From NCBI GenBank assembly GCA_037447605.1, contig CM074807.1, positions 2,304,327-2,368,326 on the forward strand: a stretch of 64,000 bases of DNA, in the 5' to 3' direction. The notes under the pieces are model-generated. The model made no database searches. It saw only the letters and a list, made by a program, of their open reading frames with translations, and was not told the origin of the DNA. Positions 57,745 to 64,000 of this stretch are shown one piece after another. Origin of the DNA: Zygnema circumcarinatum SAG 698-1b (taxonomy: Eukaryota > Plantae > Zygnematophyceae). The position numbers and the translations under genes were made by a program. Within the stretch, counting starts at the first letter, position 1. Each line of letters opens with the position of its first letter.

Positions 57745-58589
57745 ATGGCGAGCCTCCTGCTCCCGCCTTCGCCCTCCGGCACTGCGACGGAATGGCGCCA
57801 TTCTTGTTCTTGGAGTCGTTCTCAGCTTCGCTCTATTCGCATATCGCCTCAGGATCGTATTCGTATCCGCACGAGGAGAGTTTCTGCCAGCTATGGTTTC
57901 AATGGGAGCATGCAGCGGGCTCCTTTACCCGATCCATTGATGATGAGGAAACCATTGTGCATAGTTCAAGCATCTGTAAGGGAAGTTCGTGAGACTGCGG
58001 GTTTGGGTACAAGCAATGAGCTGAAGAAATGCTTGCGCTGCGGCACAAGATATAATCCTGAGGATAACAAACCTGATTCCTGCAAATATCACGGGCACAT
58101 GACAGGTAAGAAGGTGACCCATTTCTTGATTCTTTTGGTAAGAGGTAAGAGGTAAGAGGTATTGACTTCCTCTACCAGATTCAGCATCCGCCAGTCTGTG
58201 CGATATTGTTGACAACTACACTTGATACGCGACTGCCATGTTAGCAAACGCGTTTAAGATGAGGTCCTCGTGGATTTTATACTTTACCTAGGGAACAGTT
58301 CATTCTCTTCTATCGTGTCATCTCAGGATGTGCCTCTTGTTGTCTCCTTGACACAGGTGATAGAGGTCTTTATGCCATCGCTCCACCCCATCAAGGAATT
58401 GATGGTGAATGGTCAGATGTTAGCGGTATCATTGTATATAAATGGAACGATCCACAGGCCAGGCCAAATACTGGCAGTAAAAACTGGAAAAAGCGGTGGA
58501 CATGCTGTGGAGTTTATGGCGAAGATGCACCACCTTGCCACAGCAGCAGACATGTTTCGTATGATGATGGTGCTACTATGTTCACGTGA
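57745..58589 (+). CDS. Conserved plant protein of unknown function with a CHORD/Btk-like Cys/His zinc motif, probably plastid-targeted
   Basis: Two exons. Ser/Arg-rich N-terminus, then KCLRCGTRYNPEDNKPDSCKYHGHMT|GDRGLYAIAPPHQGIDGEWSDVSGIIVYKWND...NWKKRWTCCGVYGEDAPPCHSSRHVSYDDG*. I recall APPHQGIDGEW from land-plant unknown proteins. Confidence 0.75.
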
Positions 58590-59032
58590 ACGTAGCAAAA
58601 TTTTGATTGCTTGGTCCAAAACGGCAATAAGCTCTCCTGCAAAATATGATTATGGCTTTGTCGATTGGTTCGACATCCTACGATTGTTTTAGATGTTTGG
58701 GAAACACATACACCCATTTACTCGTTATAGTAATGGATATGGAAGCGCTTTGAAATTATTATTGGTCCATCAAACGGTCATATTGATTCATTCTTTGTCG
58801 AATGCTTTTTATGAGGCTTACATGCAAATGCAGATTTTTGAGCAAGAATGTAGGAAGCGGCGCAGCAAGGCTATTCGCAGTTTATATCTTGGATAAAATT
58901 TGGGTCAAACTTCGCTGGCTGACATAATTGGCAAAAGCACTCTCCGTTAGAAACTAGCTGCGGATGCAAACCCTGATAACAGACGTCCCGATCTAGAGCT
59001 GCGGTACTTCAGAACTGCATGAGCAGTATCAA

Positions 59033-59210
59033 AGTATGTGCATTGCATTCAATTGTGCCTCTCTCCCTGCCTATGAAAGTATGTGCATTGCATTCAATTG
59101 TGCCTCTCTCCCTGCCTATGAAAGTATGTGCATTGCATTCAATTGTGCCTCTCTCCCTGCCTATCAGAGTATGTGCATTGCATTCAATTGTGCCTCTCTC
59201 CCTGCCTATC
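59033..59210. repeat. 45-bp tandem repeat, about 4 copies
   Basis: AGTATGTGCATTGCATTCAATTGTGCCTCTCTCCCTGCCTAT(G/C)A(A/G) starting at 59033, 59078, 59123 and 59168. Confidence 0.95.
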
Positions 59211-59711
59211 GTGGCCGTTGGGGTCGTTTCTGTTTCTTTCTCCTTGTGGATTGCGACTGCTGGGGTCGTTTCCCCCTCCCTGCCTGTTGGGGTTGTTTCC
59301 ATCGCCATGGCGGCTCCTGTCCCTCTGATCCTGTGCATTTGCAAGCTCATTCTCCAACAAGCTCCTGCCGGCTCCCTTGTCCGCAAACTCGACATAATTC
59401 CTGTTCCTCTCGTCCACCATTCCGATGCGGTTGTCTTGCTTGCGGTGGCTCTCCTTTTCGCGGTTTTCTCCGCTAGGGAGGTCATTTTCCTGGAAAGGAT
59501 CATGCTTACCCTCCATTTCATTCTCCGAAGAAGCAGTAACCGCAGCATCACGAAGGCTGCCATGCAAGTAATTTACCAACTTCATAATTCCACTGCACTC
59601 TCTCTCTCCGGTGGGCTCCTTTCGAGCGGAGACTAACCCAAATCCGCAAAGGAGCAGTAGCCCCACCACCACAGGCATTAAGAGAGCCCTCGAGGCTCTG
59701 AGCTCCCCCAT
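59184..59711 (-). CDS. Putative secreted hydrophilic orphan protein (175 aa)
   Basis: MGELRASRALLMPVVVGLLLLCGFGLVSA looks like a signal peptide. It is followed by a charged N/D/E/R-rich region containing GRSLLE. Single open frame. Confidence 0.5.
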   Translation of the reverse strand: MGELRASRALLMPVVVGLLLLCGFGLVSARKEPTGERECSGIMKLVNYLHGSLRDAAVTASSENEMEGKHDPFQENDLPSGENREKESHRKQDNRIGMVDERNRNYVEFADKGAGRSLLENELANAQDQRDRSRHGDGNNPNRQGGGNDPSSRNPQGERNRNDPNGHDRQGERHN

Positions 59712-59948
59712 TGCTCCCTTGCCACTCCTATTAAACGACTGAAATGTCGGAGCAAAGGCCGCTCGTTTCACAAGACTCGCCTCTCCTTCTGCCGTCCCCC
59801 TTCCTCTCGTCCCTGCTATTTGACGGCCCGTGCTGCCTCCCCCTCGACACCTCCGAAAACATAAGAATCTCCAAACATGGCCAAGTCTCAACCTTTGACT
59901 CCCCCGAAAGCCCCCCCCAGCACATCATTGGGATTGCCAAACGCCTGA

Positions 59949-61660
59949 TCAGTAATCAGTTATGATCAGTAATCCCTTATGACCAGTAGTGACCAGTAAT
60001 CCCTTATGCAGAACTCGAATTACGGAAATTGTCAACATTGTGCAGAAATTAAGCCAGAGGGAGCCGTACGCGTCGAAGGGTTGCCGTCTACGCTTTTTGG
60101 AAATGTCGACGGCGGACTCGTCCTCGAATACGCTCTCGCGCTCTGAGTTGTCACTTTCTGGCTGCCATGGCGAAACGTCTGTCCAGCGACACGGCTTCCC
60201 GTCTGGCGTAGAACGATATCGAGATAAAGCGACCACAGAAGAGGCACGTTAGTTCTCATTCGGTGCCTCTACTGGAATCCGCTGAGCATTTTAGACGAAG
60301 CCAGTGCGTTTGCATGTTTTTCTTATCAGCAATTACATTCCAATTTCCGAATCCTCCAGCGTGGATACGACTGGTTTGTGTTAAATCAGCCATGGCCCAA
60401 ACTGCAGTCCGGGCTGTCGCAGCGTCCTGTAGCTTCAATGTGAACAGAAGAGAAGTTTGAAGTTTTGAATAAGTAAAGCCATTCGAACATTTGTGCATGA
60501 CCCGTTGAATTGAGATTCAGCTTAAGCTTTTAAAAAGAGTTATGAACCAGGATATTTAGGATTATTATAATTTTATATTTAGGATTTTTTTTTTTTTTTA
60601 GGATTATTTCAAGCCCTGTTGTGCATACAAAACAGAAAGTAAAGGAAAATGGCCATAGATTGTTTGACGAGCCACTATTGAGAAAGCACAACGGCAGTTG
60701 CTGAATCACAGGTCGTGTGTCCTGCACGTCGTTGGCGAGAATGTGCCGCCTGAAGAACGTCTCCATGGACAAGCTTTACAGGTGCAACAGCTTTGTAGTA
60801 CTCGTGATGGCTCTCCGCCTCCTCAATATTAGTCTGCGTCATTTCATATCGCTATTCCTGTAACACGCAAGCCATAAGCTATTACTTTTTCACTCGGAGG
60901 AACTAGTTCTCTCTGTCAATCAGAAGACTATTCGTTTTGGTGTCCAAATTCAGTATTCTTGCAAGGAGCGCCACGATTTAGTATGAATTGAGCTGGAAGA
61001 AAGCAGCGAAAGAGGAAATATGTTTAACGCTTGTTTTTGTAGGCGTTCTGAATTAGCAACCACTAGTGATCGACAAACGATGGAAACAATTCAGGTTAGG
61101 CATTAGCAAAAACTGCAAAAGTAATTTCTTTGTAGCTTAACGAGGCACGAGGCCAGAATTTTCCATATATCCACAGTGTATGCAAGATCGACCAGGAGGA
61201 AGTCGCGGTGGTTGATTTTAGCTGGCATTCTTGGCCAACCGCCGGCGGCTCTCCTGTGTGCTTCCCTCTGCAGCCTGCATCGCGTACCCGCTGTAAACCT
61301 CCCTCGGCTCAAGGACATGTCAAAACGCTTGCTAAACTCCCCTAAGAGATAATCCCCCTCTCCAAGCAGCTCTTCAATGGTCCGAGGCTGAAGGCTGCAC
61401 ACGAAATTCGCAGAGACCGCGTCTTTCAGCAGATGTTTATCGCCCCATTGAGATCGCAGCGCCTTCCAAGGGTTGCCCTGAGGAGGCGTTGCCCCGCATC
61501 TTCTCGGGAGCATGGCGCCATGCATGGGGGTCCATGCATGCATGAGCCGCGCGCTGGCTGAAGCTGCCCATCGCCTTCTCTTTCACCGCTCAAAGGTGAG
61601 AGGGGTTTCGGCTGCTGCGAGGAGCGCCATCTCGCCGAGGATGGAAACCGCCATGGCCAT
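59949..61660 (-). CDS. Candidate unrecognised spliced gene
   Basis: ATG in good context (GCGGCCATGGCCATGG). Phase-compatible junction ...PLTFER|LQPRTIEELLGEGDYLLGEF..., with further AG/GT-bounded segments (TNIEEAESHHEYYKAVAPVKLVHGDVLQ; DAATARTAVWAM...GNWN). 3' end unresolved. Confidence 0.3.
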
Positions 61661-62191
61661 GGCCGCTGGTTTTCCTTGAGCTTTGAAAGAACCTCAATTG
61701 CACATTGAGCTCACACGGTGGAGCACAGGTCACTAGCGGACATTGCATTCGTTTGCATTACCAACTTTCAGTCAAAAAGTGTGTCCAGAGTAGTATGGAG
61801 CTTAACAGTGAACTTAATTATGCGCATACAGCCGTTTATTATGCTTCTGTGCAATTTAGCTCTCCATCATCACAAGTTGCTTTCTTATTGGACGCCGACA
61901 GTGAATGCGAGAGTGTCTAGTATCACAATCGCAGGCGAAAGGCAGAATGGCAGCTGATGATTATTTGATATGAGCAAATAACTTTCACATCCGCGAAGGG
62001 GTTGTGTCTGCATGAAACGTTTTGGCAAATTGAAATCATGCGCAGGAGGCTTAACTTGCTGCCCCAAGCATGGCAGCTGCCTGCTGGAATTGCAGGTGCA
62101 GGAGCGATACAATAAACCCACTCTATGATTACGCTAACATTCTTTTCTGCTTGCGGCGAACCGCCATAAGAACGAAGCAGAGCAGTGCCCT

Positions 62192-64000
62192 TCACGGTGT
62201 CAAGAGGGCGGACGCGTGGGCGAAGCCTTCCCAGACGAACACATTTTGTCGCACAATCAAATCCGGAAAACGGGCTCGCAATTCTGGGAGTCTGCTTGGA
62301 ACGGGATAGCAGCCGGTACACAACACGCGGAGCGCACAGTTTGCATTCTGCAGAAAGAAGCACAACACACGCACCAAATCCGAATGTAAGAATTAAGATT
62401 CGACAGTGAGCGTGAGGGAGGAGCGAAGCTTTGAGAAAGACTCCTACGGAAACTGAGATGCATAAGGAGCTTACTTCTGGCAGTCTCAGGAGTACGTCAA
62501 CAATGCTTTGGGCAAATTTCTGTCCCGGAACATCGAGCAGAACGAGCGATGATGCCACCATCCTTGGCAGCACTTGTTCAAGCACTTGCTGGATATTATC
62601 ATTCTCAATTCCTTTACAGCGTTTCAAGAACAGCGCGCGCATACTCCTGCAATTAGAAGCAATAGCCCTGCAGCCAGTTCTCCGAAAAAGCACATCAGAC
62701 CTCAAGCCTACAAACCAAAGCTGACGCTGTTTGTCACGATTTACTGCAAGTAAAAAAAGAAAAGACGTTTCCTGAAATCATTCTCTAAGATGACAGTTGC
62801 GATGAAAACGTTACCTGATAGAAGAGCCGGTGAGCCGCTCGCAATCGTCGAAGTTCAGAACCTTCAGCTTCCGACACCCCTCTGTGAGCTGAGCCACCCC
62901 TTTGTCGGATGTTGCAAGAAGAGGCTGTCCACGGCTTCCACGACATTCATAGCCCTGCCATTGGCCCTCCCAGCAGCACTATTCTCTCAGCATCTGACCT
63001 ACACAACGAGTCAATAGTTGTGTTTATTAAGAAGTCGAAGAGTTGCCGATAAATGTCATTGAAATGCAGAGGAAAGCGAGGATTTCGACAAGGTGTCTCC
63101 ACCATAAGGGTGAGGAGACAAATCTTCAACTTCGACCTAAATCAATGCATTGCAGGACCGCTCGGGCAGGTCAGCGAGACGACCTGAGATCGCAGCTCTT
63201 CCAGATTCGGGCAGGATTTTCCAATCGCCAGCAAAATATGGTCATTCGAATAAGGAAGTGCGAGCCGGCGAAGTGTGGGGAGGTTATGAACTAAATCAAT
63301 GAGGGTGTCTGACTCACGCTGCAACCGTCCACCAGAAGGCAAAAGCAATACGGAGAATTCATGATCATGCTAACATTGCAGACCTTTACTGCACTTGACT
63401 TATCCTCATGTATGTTTGTGATCCTTCTACGGTGCAAAGAAAATTGTTTCACTTTCTAACACACCGAACCTACTTGAACAACTTAGCGCGGAAAATCGAG
63501 GTGCGTTTGGGCGTCTCTGACTCTCAGACTCAACGGAATTCTTGTCCTCCCAGAGCTTCTATAACGACCCCAGCACGCGAGAAAAGAGAGCAAAAAAGTT
63601 GCACCTTTGTGAGGACCATGCTCTTAAAAGCCTCGTAGGAGATGTCCAATGTTTCGATGTTCAAATTGGCGTCAATGATGGAATCCCACGAGGAGTGAAA
63701 GGTGGTTTGCGCAAAAAGTTCCCGAAGATGACTTCCCATACTTCTCAGCATCTGTAACTTGGCAGCCGAGTCCCAAGAAACAGACTGGTGATGCTGTGTG
63801 CACAAGAGAAGTGACTGCAAAGTTGTCGGCGCATGAACTGCTCTCCAATCCTCCTCCGCAAGTGCCCCCGAAACAAGCGAAAAGGATTGCAGTTTCACGC
63901 AGAGAGCGAATGCAGCCTCCACCGTTTGCCAGCCCAAAGTGGGCCCATGGAGGCTCAAGGAGGCCATGTCCGGACATGAATTCAAAAGAAGCTCTGCGGC
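62192..64000 (-). CDS. Cysteine-containing LRR protein (F-box/LRR type), 5' end outside the window
   Basis: Exons with LRR_CC-like units: NSCPDMASLSL, NLPTLRRLAL..SNDHILLAIGKSCPNLEEL, SDKGVAQLTEGCRKLKVLNFDDCERLTGSSI|RAIASNCRSMRALFLKRCKGI, ending ...ASALLTP*. The F-box itself is not in the window. Confidence 0.75.

Noticed and set aside
59948-60010. Short degenerate repeat (GACCAGTAATCCCTTAT-like units)
   Set aside because: Only 3-4 short imperfect units; ordinary slippage with no further structure.

Overview
This is gene-dense, intron-rich eukaryotic nuclear DNA from a green plant. Light-harvesting LHCBM, PsbW, PPD2, a PHD-containing ORC1, ING2 and CYP71 suggest a streptophyte alga, but I cannot identify the species. 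I reconstructed exons by hand from GT-AG signals and from similarity to remembered plant proteins, so internal boundaries are approximate and none were checked by database search. Recognisable genes in order: 3' end of a coiled-coil gene (+), ORC1 (-), organellar ProRS (+), PPD2 (-), PsbW (+), prefoldin 2 (-), ING2 (+), a two-dsRBD DRB protein (-), an At4g15545/NAIP-like gene (+), an intronless HIT-like + CCCH zinc-finger gene (+), LHCBM (+), a membrane-anchored CYP21-4-like cyclophilin (-), V-ATPase B (-), CYP71 (+), an SMP/LEA protein (+), a CHORD-like plastid protein (+), a secreted orphan (-) and an LRR protein (-). Most genes sit in head-to-head pairs. Three points stand out. (1) The CYP21-4-like gene keeps a complete PPIase active site and shares three intron positions with the neighbouring CYP71, which points to an origin by duplication of the CYP71 3' end. 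(2) The intronless HIT-like protein has an HxHxK motif fused to a CCCH finger. (3) A family of CCAAT/ATTGG-rich, palindrome-built elements with inverted repeats lies upstream of genes at three loci, alongside a (GCCAAT)~28 array next to the ORC1 E2F sites. No rRNA, tRNA or CRISPR array was seen.
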